Source: Eubacteriales bacterium | Lineage (GTDB): Bacteria; Bacillota; Clostridia; Oscillospirales; UMGS1783 | Length of the DNA stretch: 64,000 bases | Direction of reading: 5' to 3' | Assembly (NCBI GenBank): GCA_045541395.1 | Contig: JAZQIZ010000001.1 | Location: 213,233 to 277,232, forward strand | In this document: positions 18,858 to 28,998 of the stretch, piece after piece | Layout of the letters: every line of letters begins with the position of its first letter | How positions within the stretch are numbered: the first letter of the stretch is position 1 | The notes under the pieces: model-generated | What the model saw: only the letters and a program-made list of their open reading frames with translations | Database searches by the model: none | Told to the model about the DNA's origin: nothing | Program-made: the position numbers and the translations under genes

Positions 18858-19194
18858 TACTATTGCTGCTTTTATTGCCGGTATTTTAAGCAGTATGGGT
18901 TTAGGCGGAGGAACTATCCTGCTATTATACTTGACAATATTTCAAAATATAAATCAAACAGATGCCTCAGGTATTAATCTAATTTACTATATTCCTTGCG
19001 CCTTGATTGCCACTGTTTTATATTTAAAAAACAAAATAATAGCCGGAAAAGATATTGTAACTATCTCTTCCGGCGCTTTAATCGGAGCCGCATCAGGCGC
19101 ATTAACCGTTGGACTGATCTCACCAAATATTCTTAGGATCATATTTTCAATATATATATTGATAACAGGAATATATCAATTATTCAAAGGATAA
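18850..19194 (+). CDS. TSUP (TauE/SafE) family transporter, half-size subunit 2
   Basis: 114 aa with about 4 TM segments and the motif SMGLGGGT. Its ATG overlaps the subunit 1 stop (ATGCTTGA). Confidence 0.7.
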   Translation: MLDTIAAFIAGILSSMGLGGGTILLLYLTIFQNINQTDASGINLIYYIPCALIATVLYLKNKIIAGKDIVTISSGALIGAASGALTVGLISPNILRIIFSIYILITGIYQLFKG

Positions 19195-19602
19195 TTTATT
19201 CTTATCGTAATAAGACTGTAAAATCATTGTTGCGGCAACTGCGTCAACACTGTCTTTGCGTTTTTTTCCTCTTGTGTCAGTCAGGTTCATAACAGTATGC
19301 GCATAAGAGCTTGTAAGCCTTTCATCACAGTATTCAACAGGTATATCTGTAAGTTCATTGATTAAGCTACCTAAAAGTTTAACCTTATCTGCTCTGGGGC
19401 CATGAGATCCATCCATATTAAGCGGAAGTCCAAGGATAATTTTCTGCGCACCTTCATTATTGGCGGTATTAACTACCTCTTGAGCAACAACGTTTATATT
19501 TTTAATTTTCAGAGTGGGCAGGGGAGTTGCAATAGGCATTAAAGTATTAAGTCTTGCCAATCCTGTCCTGCTGTCACCAAAGTCAACACCAAGTATAATC
19601 AT
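19180..19602 (-). CDS. ruvX: Holliday junction resolvase-like nuclease RuvX (YqgF)
   Basis: ILGVDFGDSRTGLA N-terminal motif and GLPLNMDGS. The start is set at ATG 19602, behind a GGTGA RBS. Confidence 0.9.
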   Translation of the reverse strand: MIILGVDFGDSRTGLARLNTLMPIATPLPTLKIKNINVVAQEVVNTANNEGAQKIILGLPLNMDGSHGPRADKVKLLGSLINELTDIPVEYCDERLTSSYAHTVMNLTDTRGKKRKDSVDAVAATMILQSYYDKNKLSFE

Positions 19603-19716
19603 TTCAATCACCAAGTATATTATAATTATTTAATCGTTTTATTTCAACTTAATTTTTTATTTTTATTTGCCATTTTTTTATTTGTTTGATATAATAATTT
19701 AGATGAGGTGATATTT

Positions 19717-19902
19717 ATGGATATCAAGGTAGGAGACAGAGTTCTTCTTAAAAAAAACCATCCCTGCGGCAATGCTGTTTTTGAAGTAAATAGGGTTGGT
19801 CTTGACTTTAAACTTAAATGTGTACAGTGTCAACGGGAATTAATGATACCCCGTGTAAAAATATTAAAATCTATTAAAAAGGTAATTAGTGAGGAAGAAT
19901 AA
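19717..19902 (+). CDS. DUF951 family small protein
   Basis: 61 aa with the Firmicute DUF951 pattern (GD.V.LKK.HPCG...F.V.R.G.D..LKC..C). GAGGTG RBS before ATG 19717. Confidence 0.7.
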   Translation: MDIKVGDRVLLKKNHPCGNAVFEVNRVGLDFKLKCVQCQRELMIPRVKILKSIKKVISEEE

Positions 19903-20963
19903 TGCTTAATAAGTTACAGGATATTAAAGAAAAATATCAATTTATCAGTGATCAGTTAATGTTACCCGAGGTTATTAACGATCAGGATCTTTATAAAAAA
20001 CTTATGAAGGAATATAAGGATCTGACTCCTATTGTGGAAAAATATAATGAGTTTCTGGTTTCGCAATCTTCATTTAATGAAGCTGCCGAGCTATTAGGTA
20101 CTCAGCTCGATTCTGATACAAAAGAATGGGTTGAAGAAGAATACTATTCCGAAAAAGAAAAAATGGCCGCATTGGAAGAAGAGTTGAAAATACTCCTTCT
20201 TCCCAAAGACGCTGATGACGATAAAAGCGCAATTATTGAAATTCGTGCCGGTGTTGGCGGTGAAGAGTCTACTTTGTTTGCAAATTCATTGTTCAGAATG
20301 TATTCTATGTACGCTGAAACTCATAATTATAAAATTGAAATACTTTCCGCTAATGAAACAGAACTTGGCGGTTATAAAGAACTTACTTTCCTTGTGGAAG
20401 GTGACGGTGTATACAGTCGCCTCAAATTTGAAAGTGGAACTCATAGAGTTCAGCGAGTTCCCGAAACCGAATCACAGGGCAGAATCCATACCTCTGCGGT
20501 TACCGTAGCTGTTTTGCCTGAAGCGGAGGACGTTGAGGTTGAAATCAATCCCAATGATATTCAGATAGATACTTTCCGTTCCAGTGGCGCCGGAGGGCAG
20601 CACGTTAATAAAACCTCTTCCGCAATTCGTGTAACACATTTTCCAACAGGTCTTGTAGTTGAGTGCCAGGACGAACGCAGTCAGTTTAAAAACAAGGATA
20701 AGGCAATGAAGATCCTTCGTTCAAGACTTTATGATATGTACAAAAAAGAGCAGGACGATAAAATTTCTGCAGACAGAAAAGGTCAGGTTGGTAGCGGCGA
20801 CAGAAGTGAGCGTATAAGAACCTACAATTATCCTCAGGGGCGTGTTACGGATCACAGGATCAATCTTACACTTTATAAGCTTGAAGCCTTTTTAAACGGT
20901 GATCTTGATGAAATTCTCAATGCTCTTATTGCCAATGCTCAGGCAGAAAAATTAAAGGCTTAA
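19902..20963 (+). CDS. prfA: peptide chain release factor 1
   Basis: GGQ motif ([11 protein letters not shown]) and an RF1-type PxT tripeptide ([14 protein letters not shown]). Confidence 0.96.
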   Translation: MLNKLQDIKEKYQFISDQLMLPEVINDQDLYKKLMKEYKDLTPIVEKYNEFLVSQSSFNEAAELLGTQLDSDTKEWVEEEYYSEKEKMAALEEELKILLLPKDADDDKSAIIEIRAGVGGEESTLFANSLFRMYSMYAETHNYKIEILSANETELGGYKELTFLVEGDGVYSRLKFESGTHRVQRVPETESQGRIHTSAVTVAVLPEAEDVEVEINPNDIQIDTFRSSGAGGQHVNKTSSAIRVTHFPTGLVVECQDERSQFKNKDKAMKILRSRLYDMYKKEQDDKISADRKGQVGSGDRSERIRTYNYPQGRVTDHRINLTLYKLEAFLNGDLDEILNALIANAQAEKLKA

Positions 20964-20964
20964 A

Positions 20965-21993
20965 ATGAAAACTATTATTTTAGAACCAACAGAAGAAAAC
21001 TTAATAAGAGTAGGTAAGTCTCTATTTGAAGGTGAATTGGCGGCTATTCCAACTGAAACGGTTTATGGACTTGCGGCCAATGCTTTAAATGAGAGTGCCG
21101 TTAGAAGCATATTTGATGCAAAGGGCAGACCGCAGGATAATCCTTTGATAATACATATTGCAGCCAAAGAAGACGCGCTAAAATTCGTTACCGAAATACC
21201 TTATAATGCCCAACTTCTTATGGATGAATTCTGGCCCGGCCCGTTAACAATTATTCTTAACGCAAAAAGTATTATACCTAAGTGTGTTACTGCCGGCCTC
21301 AATACTGTTGCAGTAAGATGTCCCGATAATGAAATTGCAAGAAAGCTCATAAAGTATGCAGGTGTTCCTCTTGCTGCCCCTTCCGCCAATACGTCAGGTA
21401 AACCTAGCCCAACTAGTGCTGAACACGTATATCACGATATGAATGGTAAAATTCCTTATATAATTAATGGAGGAATTTGCGATATTGGTGTTGAAAGTAC
21501 AGTAATTACCTTGGCAAATGAAAAACCAATGTTACTAAGACCGGGTCAAATAAGCAGGGAAGAAATTGAAGAAATTATAGGTCCTATTGATGTATCCGAT
21601 GCTGTGTATAAAAAAATGGATGATAGCTATAAAGCTCAGTCTCCGGGTATGAAATACAGGCATTATGCGCCAAATGCCATTATAACTGTAATTGAGTCTG
21701 ATGAAGTTAGTTTCAGAAAATATGTAAATGAAAAAGCTACAGATAAAGACGGTATTCTTTGTTTTGAAGGTGAAGAAAAGTATTTTGATAAAGGAACGAT
21801 AATAACCCTTGGAAATAAAAATGATCCTTCTTCACTTTCACATAATCTCTTTGATTCATTAAGAGCTTTTGACGAAAAAAACGTAGAAAATATTTATGCC
21901 CATTCATTTACTAATACAGGTAAATATCTTGGCGTATATAACAGGTTAATGAAGGCGTCAGGATATAATATTATTAAGTTAGGTGATAATTAA
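20965..21993 (+). CDS. tsaC: L-threonylcarbamoyladenylate synthase (Sua5/YwlC type, with C-terminal Sua5 domain)
   Basis: PTETVYGLAANA, GRP..NPLI.H and SANTSGKPSP motifs. 342 aa. Confidence 0.92.
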   Translation: MKTIILEPTEENLIRVGKSLFEGELAAIPTETVYGLAANALNESAVRSIFDAKGRPQDNPLIIHIAAKEDALKFVTEIPYNAQLLMDEFWPGPLTIILNAKSIIPKCVTAGLNTVAVRCPDNEIARKLIKYAGVPLAAPSANTSGKPSPTSAEHVYHDMNGKIPYIINGGICDIGVESTVITLANEKPMLLRPGQISREEIEEIIGPIDVSDAVYKKMDDSYKAQSPGMKYRHYAPNAIITVIESDEVSFRKYVNEKATDKDGILCFEGEEKYFDKGTIITLGNKNDPSSLSHNLFDSLRAFDEKNVENIYAHSFTNTGKYLGVYNRLMKASGYNIIKLGDN

Positions 21994-22607
21994 TGACCGT
22001 AATAGGAATAACCGGTGGTTCCGGGTGCGGCAAAAGTATTGTTTCTAAATACTTATCACAAAAAGGGTTATACCATATGGACTGCGATCTTATTGCCAGA
22101 AAGGTTGTTGAACCCGGCAGTGATTGCCTGAAAGAGCTTGTTATAAATTTCGGCAATGGTATTTTACATGAAACAGGGGAGCTTGATCGCAGAAAGCTTG
22201 CTTCAATCGCTTTTTCAACCGAGAAGAATACTAAACTTTTAAACGAAGTTACCTTAAAACACATTGTTTCTTATATTAAAAACGAGCTTATTACATTGGA
22301 GAAACAAGGAAAAAAAGCAGTATTAATGGATGGAGCAACTCTTATTGAAAGCGGATTGAATAAAATTTGCAATTATAATTTAGTTGTAATAGCACCAAAG
22401 AAAAACAGAATAGAACACATTATTTCAAGAGATAATATTTCTTTGGAAGAGGCAACAAAAAGAATTAATGCCCAAAAATCAGATGATTTTTATTTAAATA
22501 TTGCTGATTTTTCAATAAATAATAATTCAACTATAGAATCACTTTATGAAAAAACAGAAGAGGTTTACCGCAAAATCAGTAAACTTGAAGGTTGGGAAAT
22601 TTTATAG
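21993..22607 (+). CDS. coaE: dephospho-CoA kinase
   Basis: P-loop IGITGGSGCGKS, about 200 aa. TAATG coupling to tsaC. Confidence 0.9.
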   Translation: MTVIGITGGSGCGKSIVSKYLSQKGLYHMDCDLIARKVVEPGSDCLKELVINFGNGILHETGELDRRKLASIAFSTEKNTKLLNEVTLKHIVSYIKNELITLEKQGKKAVLMDGATLIESGLNKICNYNLVVIAPKKNRIEHIISRDNISLEEATKRINAQKSDDFYLNIADFSINNNSTIESLYEKTEEVYRKISKLEGWEIL

Positions 22608-22619
22608 AAAAGGGGAAAT

Positions 22620-24029
22620 ATGAAAATGAGCGAATTAAAAGCAGATCAGTTAAAGGATAAGCTGTTTTTTTCCTTTAACAATGGTTACGATGTTACCGAA
22701 GATGCTGAAAACAAGAAGGTTTATTCTTACGCAGAAGATTACAAAACATTCCTGGATAATAGTAGAACAGAAAGAGAATGTACGTCTTATTCTGTAAAAT
22801 TACTTGAGAACTCCGGTTTTAAAGCCTTTGATTATAACATAAAATACGTTCCCGGTGATAAGATTTATTACAATAACCGTAATAAATCTGTTATTGCTGC
22901 AATTATAGGTAAAAACAGTCTTAATGAAGGTGTTAATATTGCCGCGGCACATATTGATTCACCAAGGCTTGATTTAAAACCTATGCCCATTTATGAAGAT
23001 AATGAGCTTTGCTTATTTAAAACTCATTATTACGGCGGGATTAAAAAATATCAGTGGACAGCAATACCTCTGGCCCTCTGCGGTGTTATTATAAAAACTG
23101 ACGGTTCCGTATTAGATATTAATATTGGTATGGATGATAATGACCCTGTATTTTGTATTACAGATCTTTTACCGCATCTTGCAAAGACACAAATGACAAA
23201 GACTTTAAGCGAAGCCATTGAGGGCGAGAATCTGAATGTTCTTATTGGTAGCCGTCCTTTTAATAATGATAAGATTTCCGAAAGAGTTAAACTTAATATC
23301 CTTTCAATTCTGTTTGATAAATACGGTATTACAGAGGCTGATTTTAACACAGCCGAACTTTCTATCGTTCCCGCATTCAAAGCTAAGGACCTGGGGTTTG
23401 ACCGTTCTATGATAGGTGCCTACGGCCATGACGATAAGGTTTGTGCTTATCCTTGCATTTCTTCTATAATTGATTTTAATGGTATTCCCGAAAAAACAGC
23501 TATATGCTGTTTGACTGACAGAGAAGAGATCGGTTCAACAGGTAATACCGGCCTTGAATCTAATTATCTTAAAAATTTTATAGAAGAGCTGTGTGTTAAT
23601 GAAGGGGCTAATATCCGCAAATGTTTAAGAAACTCAAATTGTCTTTCTGCTGATGTAAATGCGGCCTTTGATCCAACTTATCCTTCTGTTTATGAAAAAA
23701 ATAACTGTGCTATGATAAATAGAGGAACAGTTATCAGTAAATATACAGGTTCCGGCGGCAAGGTTAATACAAACGACGCATCTGCGGAATTTATGGCAAA
23801 AATAATTAAAATTATGAACGATAACAATGTAATCTGGCAGACGGGTGAGCTTGGTAAGGTAGATGCAGGAGGCGGCGGTACCGTAGCAAAATATGTTTCT
23901 CATTATGATATTAATGTTGTTGACCTTGGCGTTGCTGTTTTATCTATGCATGCTCCCTTTGAGGTTATCAGCAAAATGGATCTTTATATGACCTATAAAG
24001 CTATTCTTTCATTCTTTAAAGATGCGTAA
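22620..24029 (+). CDS. M18 family aminopeptidase
   Basis: AAHIDSPRLDLKP motif, DREEIGS and a C-terminal metal-binding region. 469 aa. Confidence 0.85.
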   Translation: MKMSELKADQLKDKLFFSFNNGYDVTEDAENKKVYSYAEDYKTFLDNSRTERECTSYSVKLLENSGFKAFDYNIKYVPGDKIYYNNRNKSVIAAIIGKNSLNEGVNIAAAHIDSPRLDLKPMPIYEDNELCLFKTHYYGGIKKYQWTAIPLALCGVIIKTDGSVLDINIGMDDNDPVFCITDLLPHLAKTQMTKTLSEAIEGENLNVLIGSRPFNNDKISERVKLNILSILFDKYGITEADFNTAELSIVPAFKAKDLGFDRSMIGAYGHDDKVCAYPCISSIIDFNGIPEKTAICCLTDREEIGSTGNTGLESNYLKNFIEELCVNEGANIRKCLRNSNCLSADVNAAFDPTYPSVYEKNNCAMINRGTVISKYTGSGGKVNTNDASAEFMAKIIKIMNDNNVIWQTGELGKVDAGGGGTVAKYVSHYDINVVDLGVAVLSMHAPFEVISKMDLYMTYKAILSFFKDA

Positions 24030-24034
24030 AAAAT

Positions 24035-24056
24035 AAAGGGCTAAAATTAGCCCTTT
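24035..24056. terminator. bidirectional terminator between the aminopeptidase gene and prmA
   Basis: Stem aaagggcta / tagcccttt with a 4-nt loop and A/T runs on both sides. Confidence 0.75.
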
Positions 24057-24060
24057 ATTT

Positions 24061-24969
24061 TTATTTAACGGTTATACAATGCCATTCTTTTAGTTGTTTA
24101 TGCTCAATTACAGTAAATCCATATTTATTTATTGCTTCTTCAACAAGACTGAGACGTTCCGAAATAATTCCGGATAGAATTACTTTACAGTTATCTTTCA
24201 TAAAACGTTTTATATCTTTTAATAGGATCACAATCACATCAGCTACTATATTTGCGGTTATAAGATCATACTTTCCGGTTACATCCTCGGTTAGATCACC
24301 TTCGATTGCAACGAATTTATCAGAAACGTTATTAATTGCAGCGTTCTCGTTGGCAGTCTTAACCGAAAGTGGGTCAATATCGATACCTAAAGCAGTTTTA
24401 CTGCCACAAAGTAATGCTGCAATGGCTAAAATTCCGCTTCCGGTCCCGACATCTAGTACGCAATCGCTTTCTTTAGCGTAATTCTGCAACTCCTCAACGC
24501 ACATCTTCGTTGTTTCATGAGTTCCTGTACCAAAAGCCGCACCCGGATCAATTTTTATTATTATTTCATCGTCTTTTGCTGTATATTCCTTCCAACTCGG
24601 TACGACTACTATATTAGGCTCAATTTTAAATATATTAAAGTATTTTTTCCATTCATCGATCCAATTTTTATCTTCAATAGGTTTAACAGTAATAGAATAG
24701 GGGATATCCATTTGCGATAATTTGCTTTCAAGATAAATAGAATGTTCCTGAGGATTAAATTTTTCATCCAGATATGTATGTATAACAGAATCAGTGCCTA
24801 TTTTGTCCATAAGCTCCTTTTCAACGAGATTAGTTCTTTTAACAAGAATGTTATCCATCATATCAGAATAATCTTCAATATACATTCCATCATAATCAAG
24901 AGTATTGATAAGATCGCAAATCTCATCGCAAAAGTTTGAAGGTGTTTTAATAATAATTTCGTTCCACAT
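24061..24969 (-). CDS. prmA: ribosomal protein L11 methyltransferase
   Basis: PrmA pattern: IDPGAAFGTGTHETT and the SAM motif VLDVGTGSGILAIAA. Confidence 0.93.
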   Translation of the reverse strand: MWNEIIIKTPSNFCDEICDLINTLDYDGMYIEDYSDMMDNILVKRTNLVEKELMDKIGTDSVIHTYLDEKFNPQEHSIYLESKLSQMDIPYSITVKPIEDKNWIDEWKKYFNIFKIEPNIVVVPSWKEYTAKDDEIIIKIDPGAAFGTGTHETTKMCVEELQNYAKESDCVLDVGTGSGILAIAALLCGSKTALGIDIDPLSVKTANENAAINNVSDKFVAIEGDLTEDVTGKYDLITANIVADVIVILLKDIKRFMKDNCKVILSGIISERLSLVEEAINKYGFTVIEHKQLKEWHCITVK

Positions 24970-25098
24970 AAAATGATCTCCTTAAAACTTGACTTTCTTC
25001 AATTAATAGTTTACTATAAATTAAAGAAAAAGGGAAGTATTAATTTTTTATATTAAATTAAACAAAATAAAAATTTTGTTTAATTTGGGGGACCGAAA

Positions 25099-26070
25099 AT
25101 GGACAAATATAAGTATAATGATGTTTCAGAGCTTATTAGAAACTATCTTATATATATGGAAACAATTAAAGGAAAATCTTCGCGTACAGTTTATGAATAT
25201 TATTTAGATCTTCGTACATTCTTTCGATATATTAAACGCTATAAATGTTTAGTTCCGTCTTCTGTAGAATTTAATGATATTTTAATTAATGATGTTGATA
25301 TAAAGTTAATTGAATCTATTTCACTGTCGGACGTATACTCTTTTCTTGATTATGTATTAACTCAGCGTTCCAATGCATCTTCTGCCAGAGCCAGAAAAAT
25401 TTCATGTCTTAGAAGTTTTTTTAAGTATTTACATAAAAAAGTATTTCTTATTAAGGAAAATCCTATTGCAGAATTAGACTCACCTAAAATAAAAAAATCA
25501 TTACCAAAATATTTAGTTCTTGACGAAGCTATTGAACTATTAAAAGCAGTTGATGGTAAAAACAAACAAAGAGATTTTGCAATTATTACCATATTCTTAA
25601 ATTGTGGCATTCGTTTATCTGAGCTCGTTGGAATTAACCTTAACAGTATAAAGAATTCTTATTTAACGGTTCTGGGCAAAGGAAATAAAGAAAGAACCGT
25701 ATATTTAAATGAAGCCTGTACTTACGCAATTAACGAGTATTTAAAGGTTCGCCCCAAACCAAGGCCTGAAGATAAAAATGCAATGTTTATAAGCAATCGT
25801 GGCACTCGCTTAAGTCATGAATCGGTTCAATATCTTGTAAAAAAATATATTGTTAAAGCAGGACTTGATCCCGAAAAGTATTCTGTACACAAATTAAGAC
25901 ATACAGCTGCAACGTTAATGTACCAAAACGGTGTTGATGTGCGCGTTTTGCAAGAAATTTTAGGCCATACAAGCCTTGCAACTACTCAGATTTACACTCA
26001 CCTTTCCGGCTCCGAATTACAAGATGCTGCAAATAAAAACCCATTAAATAAAGTAAATATTAAAGAATAA
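25099..26070 (+). CDS. tyrosine recombinase, XerC/XerD family
   Basis: Catalytic residues are present: R in GIRLSEL, HKLRHTAAT, and LGHTSLATTQIYTH with the nucleophile Tyr. Confidence 0.85.
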   Translation: MDKYKYNDVSELIRNYLIYMETIKGKSSRTVYEYYLDLRTFFRYIKRYKCLVPSSVEFNDILINDVDIKLIESISLSDVYSFLDYVLTQRSNASSARARKISCLRSFFKYLHKKVFLIKENPIAELDSPKIKKSLPKYLVLDEAIELLKAVDGKNKQRDFAIITIFLNCGIRLSELVGINLNSIKNSYLTVLGKGNKERTVYLNEACTYAINEYLKVRPKPRPEDKNAMFISNRGTRLSHESVQYLVKKYIVKAGLDPEKYSVHKLRHTAATLMYQNGVDVRVLQEILGHTSLATTQIYTHLSGSELQDAANKNPLNKVNIKE

Positions 26071-26089
26071 GCCGGAATATTTCCGGCTT
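26069..26089. terminator. hairpin between the convergent xer genes
   Basis: Stem aagccggaa / ttccggctt with a 3-nt loop. Confidence 0.7.
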
Positions 26090-26092
26090 ATT

Positions 26093-26995
26093 TTATGCTT
26101 TGGGATGATATTTTTTATAAACGTCCTTATATTTATTAGCAACTATTTTTGTATAATAGTTAGTGGAAGCAATATCGGTATGGCCGAGCATTTCCTGAAT
26201 AGACTTTATATCAGCGCCGTTTTGCAATAAATGAGCGGCAAATGAGTGCCTTACGGTCTGAGGAGTAATTTCTTTATTGATATTGGCCTGTTTTGCGTAT
26301 TCCTTAAGAATCTTCCAAAAACCTTGCCTGGTTAAGGGAGTTCCGTTGAGATTAACAAACAAAACGTCAGTATCATCCTCTATCATAAGTGGACGAATCC
26401 TTGTAATATACTCCATAAGCGAAGCTGCAGCTGCAGGATAAATGGGAATTGCCCGCTCTCCTTTTGAAGTTCTGCAAATAATTACGTTAAGGGATAATAA
26501 TACGTCGGTTATTTTCAAAGAAATCAATTCCGATACCTTTATGCCCGAAGCATATAGTAATTCAAGCATAGCCTTATCTCTGTAACCTTTTGGAGAATTG
26601 CATTTAGGCTGAGAAATCAGCTTGTCCACCTCTTCGCCGGTTAATATTTCAGGAATTTTACGCTCAACTGCCTCATATTTAATATTCTTAGCCGGATTGT
26701 CGAATATCAAATTATTTATAAGTAAAAATTGATAGTATCCCTTAATACAAGAAAGAGATCTGTGAACTGTACTTGAGGACTTACCGTTATTTTTTAGATA
26801 TAACACGTATTCCTGGACATTTGACCTTGATGCTGAAGCTAAATTAGAAATACCGATAATTTTAAGATAATCGGAATAAGCGTTTAGATCTCTGTTATAT
26901 GATTCAATTGTATTTTTTGATGCATTTTTTTCTTTTGACATATAATTTAAAAATGCAATTATTGATTTAACGGCCAAAATTTCATCTCCTATCAA
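26093..26995 (-). CDS. xerD: tyrosine recombinase XerD
   Basis: SGIKVSELI, VRHSFAAHLL and LGHTDIASTNYYT. Translationally coupled downstream of spoIIM, as is common in Firmicutes. Confidence 0.85.
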   Translation of the reverse strand: MIGDEILAVKSIIAFLNYMSKEKNASKNTIESYNRDLNAYSDYLKIIGISNLASASRSNVQEYVLYLKNNGKSSSTVHRSLSCIKGYYQFLLINNLIFDNPAKNIKYEAVERKIPEILTGEEVDKLISQPKCNSPKGYRDKAMLELLYASGIKVSELISLKITDVLLSLNVIICRTSKGERAIPIYPAAAASLMEYITRIRPLMIEDDTDVLFVNLNGTPLTRQGFWKILKEYAKQANINKEITPQTVRHSFAAHLLQNGADIKSIQEMLGHTDIASTNYYTKIVANKYKDVYKKYHPKA

Positions 26996-27570
26996 ACAAA
27001 TAAATCAATAACTGCACCGGTTATAAATACGTCTGCAAGAGAAAACACAACAGAGCTTAAAAATAATAACAGCTGAATTATAATAAATTGTTTGATTTTT
27101 ATTTTTTTATGTTCTATATATAAATTTTTCGATAAACAGAATGATAGTTTACAACTAAAAATTAGAAGTATACTTACAATAAACGTTTGCGGTAAAATTC
27201 CTAAGGCAATAATAAATAGACCTCTTATACCAAAAACAGCATAAACAAAACAACAAGTATACCCATATGTTAAGCCTTTTATAAACGGAACTATAAATAA
27301 AATATATTTTCCCACCATAGAAAGGCCGGCGAAAATTATAAAGAAAAAATAAGCAGAATTAATTATAGCACAATTTATAAAGGAATCAAAGTTTGGAATA
27401 TGATCACAAAAACCTAATGAAAATTGCCCAAGCATATCTTGTGATACTTTAAAGGCATAAGTAAAAACAATACTACCGGTTATCAGACCAACATATAATA
27501 ACAAAAAAAGCAATAAAACAATCCTATTGTTTTTTAAAGCTACAAAATTACTAACCTTGTTTTTTATCAC
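26992..27570 (-). CDS. spoIIM: stage II sporulation protein M
   Basis: 192-aa polytopic membrane protein with SpoIIM-like length and topology. It sits next to xerD. Confidence 0.6.
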   Translation of the reverse strand: MIKNKVSNFVALKNNRIVLLLFLLLYVGLITGSIVFTYAFKVSQDMLGQFSLGFCDHIPNFDSFINCAIINSAYFFFIIFAGLSMVGKYILFIVPFIKGLTYGYTCCFVYAVFGIRGLFIIALGILPQTFIVSILLIFSCKLSFCLSKNLYIEHKKIKIKQFIIIQLLLFLSSVVFSLADVFITGAVIDLFV

Positions 27571-27632
27571 TATAACACTTCCCTTTTAACTTTTTTATAA
27601 ATATATGTTAAAAGGTAAAAAATAATGATATT

Positions 27633-28430
27633 TTATTTGCCTAATTCCTCTGCTCGTCTTTCGCAAGCTGACATAGCATCAAGAATTATGTCAACAAACC
27701 CTTTTTCCTCAAAAACTTTAAGTGCCTCCAGTGTTGTACCGCCGGGCGAAGTAACCATTACTTTTAATTCTTCGGGTGTTTTGCCGGAATCGAGCATCAT
27801 TTGAGCGCTGCCTTTTAGGGTTTGACAAAAAAGTTCAAGAGCTGTTTTTTCATCAATATGTTTCTTTTTAGCATATTCCATTACAGCCATTGTAAATAAG
27901 AATATATAGGCAGGAGTACTGCCGTTAATATTAATTATACTGTTCATCTGTGATTCAGATATTACCGAAACAACACCGGATGTGCTAAAAATACTCTTAA
28001 TAAATTCAAATTCAGAGTCACTTACATTGTTACTGCAGCATAATGCAGTAGCACCTTCTCCAACCAACAAAGGAGTATTAGGCATTACTCTAATAACCTT
28101 TAAATCCTGTAAATTAGCCAATTCTCGTATATAATTAATAGATACTCCGGCAAGTATGCTGACAAATGTTTTGTTGCTCAAATCTGCATTTATGCCATCA
28201 AAAACAGAATTGATATGCTGTGGCTTAACTGCAAGAAAAATATAATCGGAATTTGTAATTACATCATCAATGCTCATAGCAGGAATTATTACACGGCTGT
28301 TAAAAACGTTATATTTATTACTGTCTACATCAAAAACATTAATTATATTTACAGCCTTACTTCTTATAATTCCACCAATTATAGCTTGAGCCATATTGCC
28401 GCATCCTATAAAGCCAATTTTTTTATCCAT
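27633..28430 (-). CDS. proC: pyrroline-5-carboxylate reductase
   Basis: IGFIGCGNMAQAI Rossmann motif and C-terminal SPGGTT. The start is set at ATG 28430, behind GGGAAGTG. Confidence 0.93.
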   Translation of the reverse strand: MDKKIGFIGCGNMAQAIIGGIIRSKAVNIINVFDVDSNKYNVFNSRVIIPAMSIDDVITNSDYIFLAVKPQHINSVFDGINADLSNKTFVSILAGVSINYIRELANLQDLKVIRVMPNTPLLVGEGATALCCSNNVSDSEFEFIKSIFSTSGVVSVISESQMNSIININGSTPAYIFLFTMAVMEYAKKKHIDEKTALELFCQTLKGSAQMMLDSGKTPEELKVMVTSPGGTTLEALKVFEEKGFVDIILDAMSACERRAEELGK

Positions 28431-28528
28431 TATTTTCACTTCCCGTAGCGTAGTGTTTACTACTATATAATATTTGTGTCGATTTTGCAAGAGAAAAATC
28501 AAAATTTATGTAAACAATTTTCATTATC

Positions 28529-28927
28529 TTAGTATTTCTTTTTAATATTTACCCCTATTATGGATCCCATAATGTTAAAAATAAATATCAGAAGCATTTT
28601 AATAATGTTTACAGTGTCAAAAATACCCGATGTTCCATTAATAATCATACCAATAATGATCAACATAAAAATCTGTATCAAAGAGTTAAAAGATCCAATA
28701 TAAATACCTTTATTCTTGTTAATTATTCCGGCAAATAAACCGGAAATAAAAGCTGAAATGCTTATTATAACATGAATTACTGTTACCACAGATTTATCAC
28801 TTATACTGTCTTGTAACAGAATGGCGCCATAAATACATATTCCACCCAAAATCAACGTAAAGAACACAATTAGGCTCCAAATGACAGTCTTAACCTTTAT
28901 ATTTGCTTTAAACTTATTTGAAGACAT
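28529..28927 (-). CDS. small integral membrane protein (4 predicted TM)
   Basis: Hydrophobic 132-aa product upstream of proC and downstream of yajC. No catalytic motifs. Confidence 0.5.
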   Translation of the reverse strand: MSSNKFKANIKVKTVIWSLIVFFTLILGGICIYGAILLQDSISDKSVVTVIHVIISISAFISGLFAGIINKNKGIYIGSFNSLIQIFMLIIIGMIINGTSGIFDTVNIIKMLLIFIFNIMGSIIGVNIKKKY

Positions 28928-28998
28928 AAAAAAATCAACTCCCAATATAGAATATTACATCTTATTAAGAGTTGATTGTTTTTATTACCAAGGATTAA

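Noticed and set aside
18513-19194. The two 114-aa TauE-like ORFs as a frameshifted pseudogene of one 8-TM transporter.
   Set aside because: Both halves are complete repeat units of equal length, each with its own start at the repeat boundary and a coupling-type ATGCTTGA overlap. This cannot be excluded without orthologue comparison, so it is listed as the refutation test of the finding.
25099-26995. Two integrase-family genes as a sign of an integrated mobile element.
   Set aside because: I saw no flanking direct repeats, tRNA target, phage, conjugation or cargo genes. One copy sits in the conserved spoIIM-xerD arrangement. Both have XerC/XerD length and motifs.
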